In this document: in pieces, positions 54,820-63,219 of the stretch
How the letters are laid out: each line of letters begins with the position of its first letter
Position numbering within the stretch: the first letter of the stretch is position 1
Source: a virus
Length of the DNA: 64,000 nt
Strand: one strand, 5' to 3'
Virus record (IMG/VR): IMGVR_UViG_3300045988_144418
Span: 32,001-96,000 of that record
Notes under the pieces: model-generated
The model's input: only the letters and a program-made list of their open reading frames with translations
What the model was told of the DNA's origin: nothing
Databases searched by the model: none
Position numbers and translations under genes: made by a program

Positions 54820-55083
54820 ATGGATGCACAGAAACAACTTCAGGAGCGTATCAGATGTTCCGAAGCTTTGATTAAGGGGCTGGATTTGCAGATTAGTCAA
54901 AAAATCAACGAACTTCATAATCTGCAGAGCCGTATGGTAAGGAATAGGGATAGGCTTGCTGCCATCAGGGACGCAAGGGGCGGCATCTACGATAAGTGGT
55001 ATCGGCATCATAGGGAGGACAATTTTGCATACGACACACAGTGGGAAATAGAGAAAGGGCTTATGTTGTTAGAGGGGGTATGA
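54820..55083 (+). CDS. hypothetical early protein (coiled coil)
   Basis: 87-aa ORF behind promoter cassette P6. Confidence 0.6.
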   Translation: MDAQKQLQERIRCSEALIKGLDLQISQKINELHNLQSRMVRNRDRLAAIRDARGGIYDKWYRHHREDNFAYDTQWEIEKGLMLLEGV

Positions 55084-55136
55084 GGGTGAATTCAAGGTTG
55101 TGGAGGGGTAATAACTTTTGCTTATAATTAAAACTT

Positions 55137-55319
55137 ATGGATATGACACAGAAGGAACGAAACGCACACATCGTACGAAATGCGGTGGCCACGTCGGACA
55201 CCGTCACAATACGTCTCGGGGATGGAACCGAGCTCTGCTTCTATCGCAGCCAAGCCTTGGCTGCACGGCAGTTCAGGGAGGAACTCGGCAGAATAGTGGA
55301 ACAGTATCTATTGGCATGA
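55137..55319 (+). CDS. hypothetical small protein
   Basis: 60-aa ATG ORF; the overlapping 55118 ORF in another frame is less likely. Confidence 0.4.
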   Translation: MDMTQKERNAHIVRNAVATSDTVTIRLGDGTELCFYRSQALAARQFREELGRIVEQYLLA

Positions 55320-55341
55320 CAAACCTATAATCAGAATCTAT

Positions 55342-55506
55342 ATGAACACACCTACATGGAGAATCTCCTGGTTGGAGAAAGGGTCAGAGGTCGTTCACAC
55401 GACACGCCTCACAAGACAGTGCAGTCGTATTGAAGCGGAGCGGTACATAAAGAGAATAAGGCCGGACATTGTGTGGTGTGAGGTCGTTCTCGAGGGTATA
55501 AGGTAG
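55342..55506 (+). CDS. hypothetical small protein (54 aa, below the ORF-track cutoff)
   Basis: Translated by hand: MNTPTWRISWLEKGSEVVHTTRLTRQCSRIEAERYIKRIRPDIVWCEVVLEGIR; fills a gap in the co-directional gene string. Confidence 0.3.
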   Translation: MNTPTWRISWLEKGSEVVHTTRLTRQCSRIEAERYIKRIRPDIVWCEVVLEGIR

Positions 55507-55560
55507 AACTGATGAGTGGAGAGCCTTGCTTCTCCATTTATCATATATGATAAATGAAAA

Positions 55561-55794
55561 ATGAACGATAGGAAATATTGCTGTGCAAGTTGCAGACACT
55601 GGGAGCCAGGAGATTCGTGGAGAACCACTCCCATAGGTATGGAACGCAGGGTTCCAACGGCTATTATGGCACAGGGCACGTGTCATGTCACGGATAGACC
55701 CTATGGACGAATGAACTATATGAAGCCCTGTAAGAGATTCGAATGCAGACTATATGAAAATCTAGGATTAATTTCACGAAATTTTCAGAAATAG
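55561..55794 (+). CDS. hypothetical Cys-rich small protein
   Basis: 77 aa with CCASC and scattered Cys/His. Confidence 0.45.
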   Translation: MNDRKYCCASCRHWEPGDSWRTTPIGMERRVPTAIMAQGTCHVTDRPYGRMNYMKPCKRFECRLYENLGLISRNFQK

Positions 55795-55795
55795 T

Positions 55796-55827
55796 CTTGG
55801 AAGATTCAAGAAATAGCCCCAACTTTG
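55796..55827 (+). promoter_or_regulatory. early promoter cassette P7
   Basis: CTTGGAAGATTCAAGAAA ... CAACTTTG. Confidence 0.6.
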
Positions 55828-55875
55828 TATCGTTGGTTCAGTTGAGCGCTGCCAACAAGGGTTAAAGTTTAATAT

Positions 55876-55893
55876 CTAAATCATTTCGTTATG
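55876..55893 (+). promoter_or_regulatory. start-codon-abutting motif (CTAAATCATTTCGTTATG)
   Basis: Recurrent motif ending in the ATG. Confidence 0.3.
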
Positions 55894-56397
55894 AACGCTA
55901 CAATCATTCTTCCGGACGTCGATCAGTCATTCAGGTCACACATTCTCGCCAAGGACAAGACGGCTATGAAATATGTTACCACGGCACAGATTCAGAGAGA
56001 GCTTCACCTTTTATATGAGGCAGTTCGCAAAGCTGGGGCAAACATTATCATACCACGCAGAGAGGTGAAGTCCAAGACTGATCTTATGGACATATACGGC
56101 TGTTTCTATAGGGAATGCGAGAAGTATAATGCGGAGGTTCTGGCTGAGCGTCAGGCCAAGGTGGAGCAGGAATCAGCGGAAAGGGCACTGAAGTCATCCA
56201 ATAGGCACGAGCGTAAGGCCGCACGTCTGAGTGACGCTGAGGAAAGGTTCACACGTTACAGCGAAGAGCTTGCCAAGCGTGAGGCAGGAGACATGATGGG
56301 GCTGGACGCAAAGGGGCAGAAGCATCGCATAGCCAGTCTGAAGCGTAAGATTGCTCGTGCTGAAGCGAGCCTGAAGAAACTTCAGGAGAATTCATAG
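55891..56397 (+). CDS. hypothetical early protein (paralogous C-terminus with the 56466 gene)
   Basis: Behind promoter cassette P7 and an AAATCATTTCGTTATG motif; C-terminal LKRKIARAEASLKKLQ. Confidence 0.6.
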   Translation: MNATIILPDVDQSFRSHILAKDKTAMKYVTTAQIQRELHLLYEAVRKAGANIIIPRREVKSKTDLMDIYGCFYRECEKYNAEVLAERQAKVEQESAERALKSSNRHERKAARLSDAEERFTRYSEELAKREAGDMMGLDAKGQKHRIASLKRKIARAEASLKKLQENS

Positions 56398-56404
56398 GGT
56401 GGTT

Positions 56405-56436
56405 CTTGGATATTCCAGAAATTCACCCCAACTTTG
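56405..56436 (+). promoter_or_regulatory. early promoter cassette P8
   Basis: CTTGGATATTCCAGAAA ... CAACTTTG, then the leader GTAATCGTTAAATCA. Confidence 0.65.
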
Positions 56437-56465
56437 TGGGCGTAATCGTTAAATCATTATTAACT

Positions 56466-57035
56466 ATGGCAGCAGCATCAAAGTCAATCGCTATTCAGCA
56501 GTCGTTTCTTGATCTCGGTCTTACGGCAAGCGAGATTCAGTTCATAAAGGATGTTATCCTTAACGGCTATTGGGGTGACGCCTCCATTGAAATCAACGGT
56601 GCCGTCGTACTGTCTAATGGGTACATCATCAATAATAATCAAGTCTATGGGACTTATAAGGGCAAGCAGGTAAGTGGTTATGCAAGCAGCGTGTCCAGAA
56701 AATTGGACGCTCATCAATGTTCGTTTATGAAGCACTGCCCTGACTACTGGGGAGACGGTGGCGGAGATGTCTTCTTCTTTTCAGAAGCCTTTGCCTCCTA
56801 TGACGAACTGATGAAGTGGGCAAAGTCATCCACCAAAGCCGAAAGGCTTGAGCGTAAGCACAATGAGCGCATCAAGGCCGTTGAGGATAGGCGTGACAGC
56901 TATATGGCCGAGTTCTATAAGTGTCAGGACAGGAAGCGCAACGCATCCCTGTTGCGCAAGATAGCCAGAGCGGAAGCCAGACTGGAGGTGCTCCGCTCCA
57001 TTGACGGCCTGTTTAGGAAACCTGAAGAAAAGTAG
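56466..57035 (+). CDS. hypothetical early protein (paralogous C-terminus with the 55891 gene)
   Basis: ATG 56466 lies 30 nt after the -7 box of P8; C-terminal LLRKIARAEARLEVLR. Confidence 0.6.
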   Translation: MAAASKSIAIQQSFLDLGLTASEIQFIKDVILNGYWGDASIEINGAVVLSNGYIINNNQVYGTYKGKQVSGYASSVSRKLDAHQCSFMKHCPDYWGDGGGDVFFFSEAFASYDELMKWAKSSTKAERLERKHNERIKAVEDRRDSYMAEFYKCQDRKRNASLLRKIARAEARLEVLRSIDGLFRKPEEK

Positions 57036-57042
57036 AGAAGTT

Positions 57043-57072
57043 CCTGGGAAATCCAGGACTCCCTTATATTTG
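57043..57072 (+). promoter_or_regulatory. early promoter cassette P9 (variant dyad)
   Basis: CCTGGGAAATCCAGGA ... TATATTTG, then the leader GTAATCATTAATTCA; both arms are changed yet still complementary (CCTGG/CCAGG). Confidence 0.6.
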
Positions 57073-57099
57073 CATCGTAATCATTAATTCATACACGTT

Positions 57100-57999
57100 A
57101 TGTCACATTTCAACAGCATCACATCGTTTCAGAATCTCAAGGATCAGTACAGAATCCTTGCTATGGCCAACCACCCTGACAGGGGCGGTGACACAGCCAC
57201 TATGCAGGAGATCAATGCCGAATACAGCCGCCTGTACGCCATCTGGGTGAACAGGATAGAGGACGCAAACGTTCGCCCCACGATGACGGCCGAGCAGTCC
57301 ATCCACCACTTCTACACGCAGAACGGATGGGAGGGTTCCAACTATGACTCCAGTCTCAGCACCAAGGACATCGCCGCTCTGGTTCGTGAATACTGCAAGC
57401 AGAACTGGAATCAGTGGAAGTTCTCTATCAGATGCCACTTTGCCTCCATGTGCAGCGAAATTAGGGTATATCTTCAGGGTGGCCCGATAGCTTCAGGTCT
57501 GGTCGGGGAGCAGGGTGAATGCTGTCAGGAGTTCGGCTACCAGACGAGATACCAATACAGAAGTGAGCGTGACGACAGGGTGGCACCTGAGGCGGAGATT
57601 GTGATGCAGGACGTCATCGCCTACCTTAAATCCTTCAACTATTACGACAGTGACAGTATGATCGACTACTTCGACACGAACTTCTATCTGTCTGAATACA
57701 TCGCTGGCAGCAAGGAATGGAAGCACGTCCAGAGACAGGCTCGCATCACAGCCCCACAACCTACACCGAGTGAGGAACAGGCCTCAGCCCCAGGCCTTGG
57801 CGAGGGTGTGGACATCATCACCTATTCTGACAGGGCTCTGGCCGTGGTGGGGGATACCAAGCCGCTGAGAGCACGCCTGAAGGAGCTCAAGGGTCGCTTC
57901 AATCCAGGCCTGACGGTGGATGGTGTTAGGAGGGCTGGATGGGTGTTCAGCGCAAAGACCTACACGGTTGACACCCTGAGACAGGCGATATTCGCCTGA
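57100..57999 (+). CDS. J-domain (DnaJ-like) protein
   Basis: N-terminal LKDQYRILAMANHPDRGGDTATMQEINAEYSRLY carries the HPD tripeptide; behind promoter cassette P9. Confidence 0.8.
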   Translation: MSHFNSITSFQNLKDQYRILAMANHPDRGGDTATMQEINAEYSRLYAIWVNRIEDANVRPTMTAEQSIHHFYTQNGWEGSNYDSSLSTKDIAALVREYCKQNWNQWKFSIRCHFASMCSEIRVYLQGGPIASGLVGEQGECCQEFGYQTRYQYRSERDDRVAPEAEIVMQDVIAYLKSFNYYDSDSMIDYFDTNFYLSEYIAGSKEWKHVQRQARITAPQPTPSEEQASAPGLGEGVDIITYSDRALAVVGDTKPLRARLKELKGRFNPGLTVDGVRRAGWVFSAKTYTVDTLRQAIFA

Positions 58000-58092
58000 A
58001 TTTGCGTTAAAATCACGAAAATTAGGAGGTGTTGCTCCCCATCTGATACATCCGGCAGGACACACCTCCACAATCGTAAATAATGACACAAT

Positions 58093-58434
58093 ATGACGTT
58101 TTTACAAATCAACATAGGCACGAGAAAGGTGGCGTCACTGGAATGCGGCAAGGCCGTGTCTGATTCAGTCAAGGGCTTCTTCCGCATTCCAGTGACGGAA
58201 TTAAGGGCGTGCGTTCTGGACGAGCGCAGCGGCTTCCTATCTCTGAGGATGCGACATGAGACGCTTAACCTCCACTCCACGGGCTGGAAATGGGAAGATC
58301 TTCTGGACGCATTCGTCGCGACCACTGAAGCCCTGATGAGCCACTATGCCGACAGACCTGACATGGAGAGCATGATAACCATAACCGAGACAGGAAACAT
58401 CACAACACTTGTAAATCTATATTACGATGAATAG
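58093..58434 (+). CDS. hypothetical protein
   Basis: 113-aa ORF overlapping the start of the methylase gene. Confidence 0.5.
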   Translation: MTFLQINIGTRKVASLECGKAVSDSVKGFFRIPVTELRACVLDERSGFLSLRMRHETLNLHSTGWKWEDLLDAFVATTEALMSHYADRPDMESMITITETGNITTLVNLYYDE

Positions 58435-59338
58435 TAGAAAAGAAACACAGGCCGAGCCGTTCTTGAAGTGGGTCGGTGGAAAGGCTCGCAGGGTGAATGA
58501 GATACTTGACCTTATGCCTGAACAGATTGATTACTACATGGAGCCGTTCCTGGGAGGTGGTGCGGTGGCACTGGAGGTTCTCCGGAGAAATCCTGATTGC
58601 AAGGCTCTGCTCTCGGATCTAAATCCACACCTCATCGACTGTTGGCGACAGGTCAAGGAGAACCCACAGGATGTCATACGTTCCGTCCACGCACTGGATG
58701 ACCGCTATCTGCGTCTAAAGTTCGCCTCTGAGCAGAAGTCGTTCTATATGGCCGTGCGTGAAAGGTGGAACATATATATGGCCGTGCTTGAGCGGTGTAA
58801 CGAGAGTATGGGTGATGATGACAGCGGTGGCGAGGCTGGCAGAGCCGGAATGTTCCTGTGGCTGAATCGCAACTGTTTTCAGGGGATGTGGCGTGTGAAC
58901 TCCAGGGGTGAGTTCAACGTTCCTTCAAGACAGTCCCGCACAAGGGAGAGTCGTGTGAACTATGAGGCGATAGAACAGGCGTCCGCTCTGCTGAGAAACG
59001 CTGATATCCAGCAGGGAGGCTTTGATGAATTCGTTATGGCTCCAGGAACGGTCGTCTTCGTGGATCCACCCTATATACGTGAAAATAACGGTCGTGGATT
59101 CACGGCATACACCAAGGACGGCTTCACCGATGCGGATCATCTTGCACTGGCCGAGAAGCTGAGGCTAAGCGGAGCCACCTATGTGCTGACGATAGGCGGT
59201 GATGAGGACATCGTGCGTGAGATATACGGACAGCCTGACAGCGTGTCAGAGATTCCCTGTACGTTTGCAGCCACCAACGCAGGAAGACGGACGAGAAATG
59301 AGTTTATAATTACAAACAATCTACGTAAATTAAAATAA
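58427..59338 (+). CDS. dam: DNA adenine methyltransferase (Dam-like, D12 class)
   Basis: FLKWVGGKARR (motif X/I region), FLGGGAV (SAM binding), VFVDPPY (motif IV). Confidence 0.85.
   Translation: MNSRKETQAEPFLKWVGGKARRVNEILDLMPEQIDYYMEPFLGGGAVALEVLRRNPDCKALLSDLNPHLIDCWRQVKENPQDVIRSVHALDDRYLRLKFASEQKSFYMAVRERWNIYMAVLERCNESMGDDDSGGEAGRAGMFLWLNRNCFQGMWRVNSRGEFNVPSRQSRTRESRVNYEAIEQASALLRNADIQQGGFDEFVMAPGTVVFVDPPYIRENNGRGFTAYTKDGFTDADHLALAEKLRLSGATYVLTIGGDEDIVREIYGQPDSVSEIPCTFAATNAGRRTRNEFIITNNLRKLK
58745..58804 (+). repeat. imperfect 30-bp in-frame tandem duplication inside dam
   Basis: tatatggccgtgcgtgaaaggtggaacata / tatatggccgtgcttgagcggtgtaacgag encode YMAVRERWNI / YMAVLERCNE. Confidence 0.8.
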
Positions 59339-59350
59339 CGGAGAAGAATT

Positions 59351-59734
59351 ATGAACGATAAACTAAAAGAACTAATTCAGCCTTACTGGGTTGAGGAGCA
59401 ACAGGGGGTATATATTCCATTGATTGATAAAGTGTTGCTTAAAGACAATGTTCCTGCGATGCCATATCACGATTTTATGGAATATGCAAAATCCAATGGA
59501 GTTCAAATTGCTACAAAAGACGAACTCCTACAAATATATCTTCAGAGAGATCAAATCAATAAGATACTTAAAAAGCATAATGGAGACATTCTTGCATTTA
59601 CTTGGTTTGGTTCTTCATCGAAGTCTGATTCAGATATGGAGTTGGTCGTTCATCTTGGCTCAGGCGTTAGCAACTACACATATATGGATTATTATTATGC
59701 CAGTAAGGCGGTCGTAGATTTGAAATCAAAATAA
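59351..59734 (+). CDS. hypothetical protein (DUF1566-like pattern)
   Basis: 127 aa; MEYAKSNGVQIATKDELLQIY ... FTWFGSSS resembles the Lcl C-terminal/DUF1566 layout (weak, from memory). Confidence 0.4.
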   Translation: MNDKLKELIQPYWVEEQQGVYIPLIDKVLLKDNVPAMPYHDFMEYAKSNGVQIATKDELLQIYLQRDQINKILKKHNGDILAFTWFGSSSKSDSDMELVVHLGSGVSNYTYMDYYYASKAVVDLKSK

Positions 59735-59740
59735 GTAAAT

Positions 59741-60193
59741 ATGGAACAGTTTAATTTAGCAAAATATCTTGAAAATCCCAATCGAAAGATTGTCACAAGA
59801 GATGGTGAAAGTGTAAGAATTATCTGTACCGATAGAAAAAGTGAAAATCGCCCAATTGTAGCACTTATTCAAGACAATCCTTACAATGAGGAGTATGTAT
59901 ATTATTATACAATAGATGGTAAGTTGGCTTTTAATAGAATGAAATCGATGGACTTATTTTTCGCTACAGAAAAACAAGAGTGCCCCTTTAAAAAGGGTGA
60001 CAGGGTACTGGTTCGTGATTATGATAACGAAAGCTGGCGTCCTCGCATCTTCAGCAGTTACGACAGTTACGACAAAGAATGTAAGTATAAGTATGAGTGC
60101 GAGGGTGATGATGATAAATATATACAGTGTATCCCTTATAACGAACACACATGGAAATTATTAGACACGACTGATGAATACAAGGAGGAATAA
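59741..60193 (+). CDS. hypothetical protein
   Basis: 150-aa ORF in a stretch that looks AT-rich. Confidence 0.5.
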   Translation: MEQFNLAKYLENPNRKIVTRDGESVRIICTDRKSENRPIVALIQDNPYNEEYVYYYTIDGKLAFNRMKSMDLFFATEKQECPFKKGDRVLVRDYDNESWRPRIFSSYDSYDKECKYKYECEGDDDKYIQCIPYNEHTWKLLDTTDEYKEE

Positions 60194-60355
60194 TATGAAG
60201 CAGCATTCCAAAAAGAGAATTTGTATTATTGGCAGAAGCAAATTGTTGTGGAATTTGTAGGGTGTAGGGGAGATGGGAAGTACATATTTAACACCAAGAT
60301 CAAGTGCAAACTCAAATATCTGAAGACCAATAGAATTGAAATAATCATAATCATT

Positions 60356-60574
60356 ATGGCAACAATAATAGATAAGGCGAGAGAATATTCTCCTGACAAT
60401 AATGAAAGTAAGGATGCGTTCCTGAACGGTGCTCTGTGGATGCTTGAAAAAGCAATAGACTGGTTGCAGGGGCATGTAAACGACTACCTCTTTGATGATG
60501 GCACTCCTGAAAGACCGTGGTTAAAGTGTAAATCAGAGATGTTCGTTGATTTCAAGAAAGCAATGGAGAAATAA
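60356..60574 (+). CDS. hypothetical small protein
   Basis: 72 aa from ATG 60356 inside track ORF 60221..60574. Confidence 0.4.
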   Translation: MATIIDKAREYSPDNNESKDAFLNGALWMLEKAIDWLQGHVNDYLFDDGTPERPWLKCKSEMFVDFKKAMEK

Positions 60575-60584
60575 TTATATATTT

Positions 60585-60659
60585 AAGGCAATCGGGTGGG
60601 AGGGGCACTTTACGAGTAGAGAGTATCTAAAATCGGATTTGCACATTCCCGATTGCCTT
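60585..60659 (+). other. long-range hairpin (12-bp stem, 51-nt loop); terminator or small structured RNA
   Basis: aaggcaatcggg (60585-60596) pairs with cccgattgcctt (60648-60659); intergenic. Confidence 0.4.
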
Positions 60660-60694
60660 TCATTAGTGATACAGTTATTATAAATTCTAAATTT

Positions 60695-61081
60695 ATGAGC
60701 AAGCGAACGAATGAAGCTGAGGGTCTGCTGAATAGGCTTATGGAGATGCACGACGGATGGGTAGCCTACGGATGTGAGCCTGGAGACATCATGAAACTGA
60801 CAGCCGCCATGATGGCCGTGCTGACACAAAAGGCATTTCCACGGAATCCTACCCAGAGTGATCTTATGGAGTTCCCAACTCGTCTGCTGAACTGCAATAT
60901 GGTGTGGGAGAAGTTCGTGTCCGGACACAGGGACGCACTCTTCTACACAGCTGACATGTTCCGAAAATGGGTCTGGGGGCTGTATCGTGGCCACACGAAA
61001 ACGAGGGCTGGTCTATGGAAGATACTCGGGTGGGAGACGTTCAACACCGATGATGAGGAGGTGAACAATGAAAAAGAATAA
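60695..61081 (+). CDS. hypothetical protein
   Basis: 128 aa from ATG 60695; the track ORF start 60653 lies inside the hairpin. Confidence 0.5.
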   Translation: MSKRTNEAEGLLNRLMEMHDGWVAYGCEPGDIMKLTAAMMAVLTQKAFPRNPTQSDLMEFPTRLLNCNMVWEKFVSGHRDALFYTADMFRKWVWGLYRGHTKTRAGLWKILGWETFNTDDEEVNNEKE

Positions 61082-61421
61082 GGGACACGTCAACGGTGAC
61101 ATTCGCAAGGTCGTCGATGACGTGCTGATGAAAGGCTCCGAACGCTGCCCCTATGCCGGACTTGCAGGAAGCCTGTTCGGTATGACACCTGACGACTATC
61201 GTCTGGATGGATGGACAGAGTGTGCATCGTTTACGACCAAAGCCACGCTTACGCACATGAAGAGCACCATCGAGGAGAATATGAAGAAATGCAACGTGGA
61301 AGACGTGATAGGCGTGTCCTATGGGTCTGGATATCGTCAGGGTGTGCGGGACGTGCTGGACTTGCTTGATGAGATGATTAAACAACTAAATGAAGAAGAC
61401 AATGCTAAACGGATGGATTAG
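61068..61421 (+). CDS. hypothetical protein
   Basis: 117-aa ORF overlapping its neighbours. Confidence 0.5.
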   Translation: MKKNKGHVNGDIRKVVDDVLMKGSERCPYAGLAGSLFGMTPDDYRLDGWTECASFTTKATLTHMKSTIEENMKKCNVEDVIGVSYGSGYRQGVRDVLDLLDEMIKQLNEEDNAKRMD

Positions 61422-61824
61422 ATGGTTCAGCATTCTGATGGGAGTGATGAATCTGGCGTGCTGCATCTATAATGGGTGCACAGACAAATGGGAGGTGGCG
61501 TGCTGTGAATTCACGACCTCTATGGTGTTCCTTACGCTTGCCCTGCATGACTGGGCGGTGAAGCGAATACTTTCAGTCACACGTCGAAGATGGTTCCGCA
61601 ACGGATGGATACAGTGTCAAAGCACAATGGATGAGAAGCTTTTGAATCGATACAGACTACTTCTACAGTGGAAGCAGTCCACGTCAAATCCACGTGTGAA
61701 CGAGGTGAATCATATTCGATGCCACACAGTTTATAGCCTAAGGGATTCCCTCAGAAATAGAATGATAAATGACAATTTTGAGCACTACGACTATGAAAGC
61801 AAGAATAGCACTGAAGATTGTTAG
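61390..61824 (+). CDS. hypothetical membrane protein
   Basis: 144 aa; two hydrophobic segments near the N-terminus. Confidence 0.45.
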   Translation: MKKTMLNGWIRWFSILMGVMNLACCIYNGCTDKWEVACCEFTTSMVFLTLALHDWAVKRILSVTRRRWFRNGWIQCQSTMDEKLLNRYRLLLQWKQSTSNPRVNEVNHIRCHTVYSLRDSLRNRMINDNFEHYDYESKNSTEDC

Positions 61825-62026
61825 GCGTATTCAAGAGAGACCTGAACTCTTCCGCTCCTATAATAGAAGAACAGTAGAGCGTGCCGTAAACACGGTGTAT
61901 TGTAGAAATCGACTTGCATCATGGATGAAGTCTCACGTGAGACTTCGCCTTGATGACAGAACGGTAGTTATGATGCCGGACGGGACATTCAGTTTTATTC
62001 TAAACGAGCAATTTGACAAATTATGA
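61793..62026 (+). CDS. hypothetical small protein
   Basis: ATG 61793 (or 61769) within the track ORF. Confidence 0.4.
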   Translation: MKARIALKIVRRIQERPELFRSYNRRTVERAVNTVYCRNRLASWMKSHVRLRLDDRTVVMMPDGTFSFILNEQFDKL

Positions 62027-62253
62027 ATGCACGACAGACACGACGAGCCAGACGGCTCATAGCCCGAAAGGGGTACTGGAAAGCACGATGGCTTCAAATG
62101 AGGATGAATCTAAGGGATCTTCAACTGGACTATACCACCTACACGAATGAAATAGACGGTGACGCCAATATGGATCCTGGATTATTTCAGTGGTACAGAG
62201 ACAGATATGTAAGAATATCCAAGAAAATAGCATACTACGAGAGAAAAATGTAA
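62023..62253 (+). CDS. hypothetical small basic protein
   Basis: 76 aa, ATGA-coupled; followed by a terminator. Confidence 0.5.
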   Translation: MNARQTRRARRLIARKGYWKARWLQMRMNLRDLQLDYTTYTNEIDGDANMDPGLFQWYRDRYVRISKKIAYYERKM

Positions 62254-62336
62254 CGAAAAAGCGTTATATATATGAATGAGTTTAGTCATAGCTAAAATGA
62301 CAAATCAATTGTCTTAGGTGAATTAATGATTATCAG

Positions 62337-62370
62337 AAACAGGGTCGCAGGGATGCGCTCCTGTTTTTCT
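62337..62370 (+). terminator. rho-independent terminator
   Basis: aaacagg..cgca-ggga-tgcg..cctgttt followed by ttct. Confidence 0.65.
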
Positions 62371-62426
62371 TTAGCGGAATCACGAATTCTATATTATGAA
62401 ATTTCAGAATAATTCTTAGAATTTAT

Positions 62427-62458
62427 CTTGGATATTTCAAGAATTCACCCCAACTTTG
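62427..62458 (+). promoter_or_regulatory. early promoter cassette P10
   Basis: CTTGGATATTTCAAGAA ... CAACTTTG, then the leader GTAATCATTAAAACA. Confidence 0.65.
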
Positions 62459-62486
62459 CCGTGTAATCATTAAAACATCACGTCTT

Positions 62487-62843
62487 ATGGCAAACAGATC
62501 AAAGCAAAGCCCGAAGGGCATTTTATTCATCAAGTGGCATCACAAAAATTCCACTTGCATCTGTTACGGCACACTCGCAGGTCTTGTCAGTGAGGTGTTC
62601 AACTATACGCTTGAATGCGGTCATTCCTGGGATCCTTCCATTTCTATGGAACCAAAGAGCCTCAAGTCGCTCGTAAGAGCCCTAAACAACTCCTATGACG
62701 TTCTTAACAGGTACTCTACTTATGTGGAGGAAAGCAACTTTCAGGAGTTCCTTCAGGCTTATGGCAGTGACTTTGATAGAGGAATTCTTACCGCAAAGGC
62801 GGCTATTGACCCTATGTTTCACGATAGAATTGAAGTAAGATAA
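62487..62843 (+). CDS. hypothetical early protein
   Basis: 118-aa ORF behind promoter cassette P10. Confidence 0.6.
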   Translation: MANRSKQSPKGILFIKWHHKNSTCICYGTLAGLVSEVFNYTLECGHSWDPSISMEPKSLKSLVRALNNSYDVLNRYSTYVEESNFQEFLQAYGSDFDRGILTAKAAIDPMFHDRIEVR

Positions 62844-62857
62844 GGAGGGGGTACATC

Positions 62858-63217
62858 ATGAACAACACGATAAACATTTTCGAAATCAACATCAGTATCC
62901 CTATATGGACTATTGAACAACAGACAGGCTACAAGCCTGAGACAACGTTCTGGCAGGACTTTTCCATCGCTGAAAAGGTGGGTGGTCTAAAGAGCATCCA
63001 GGAAACGTTTGACAGGGTATTTAAGGAATGGTCAGACAAGTACAGGTATCTCACGGAGCTTGTTCTTGTGCTCAACTGGAAGTGTTGGGATTGGTATGAT
63101 CAGGGCGATGATGATCTGTCAATGCTGTATCAGAATCTCTTTTATCAGGCAAGAGAATACGCACTGGACAACCTTAAGGACGAGGAACTTTCCTATTTCG
63201 TGGAAACTACGGATTAA
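62858..63217 (+). CDS. hypothetical acidic protein
   Basis: 119-aa ORF. Confidence 0.55.
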   Translation: MNNTINIFEINISIPIWTIEQQTGYKPETTFWQDFSIAEKVGGLKSIQETFDRVFKEWSDKYRYLTELVLVLNWKCWDWYDQGDDDLSMLYQNLFYQAREYALDNLKDEELSYFVETTD

Positions 63218-63219
63218 TC

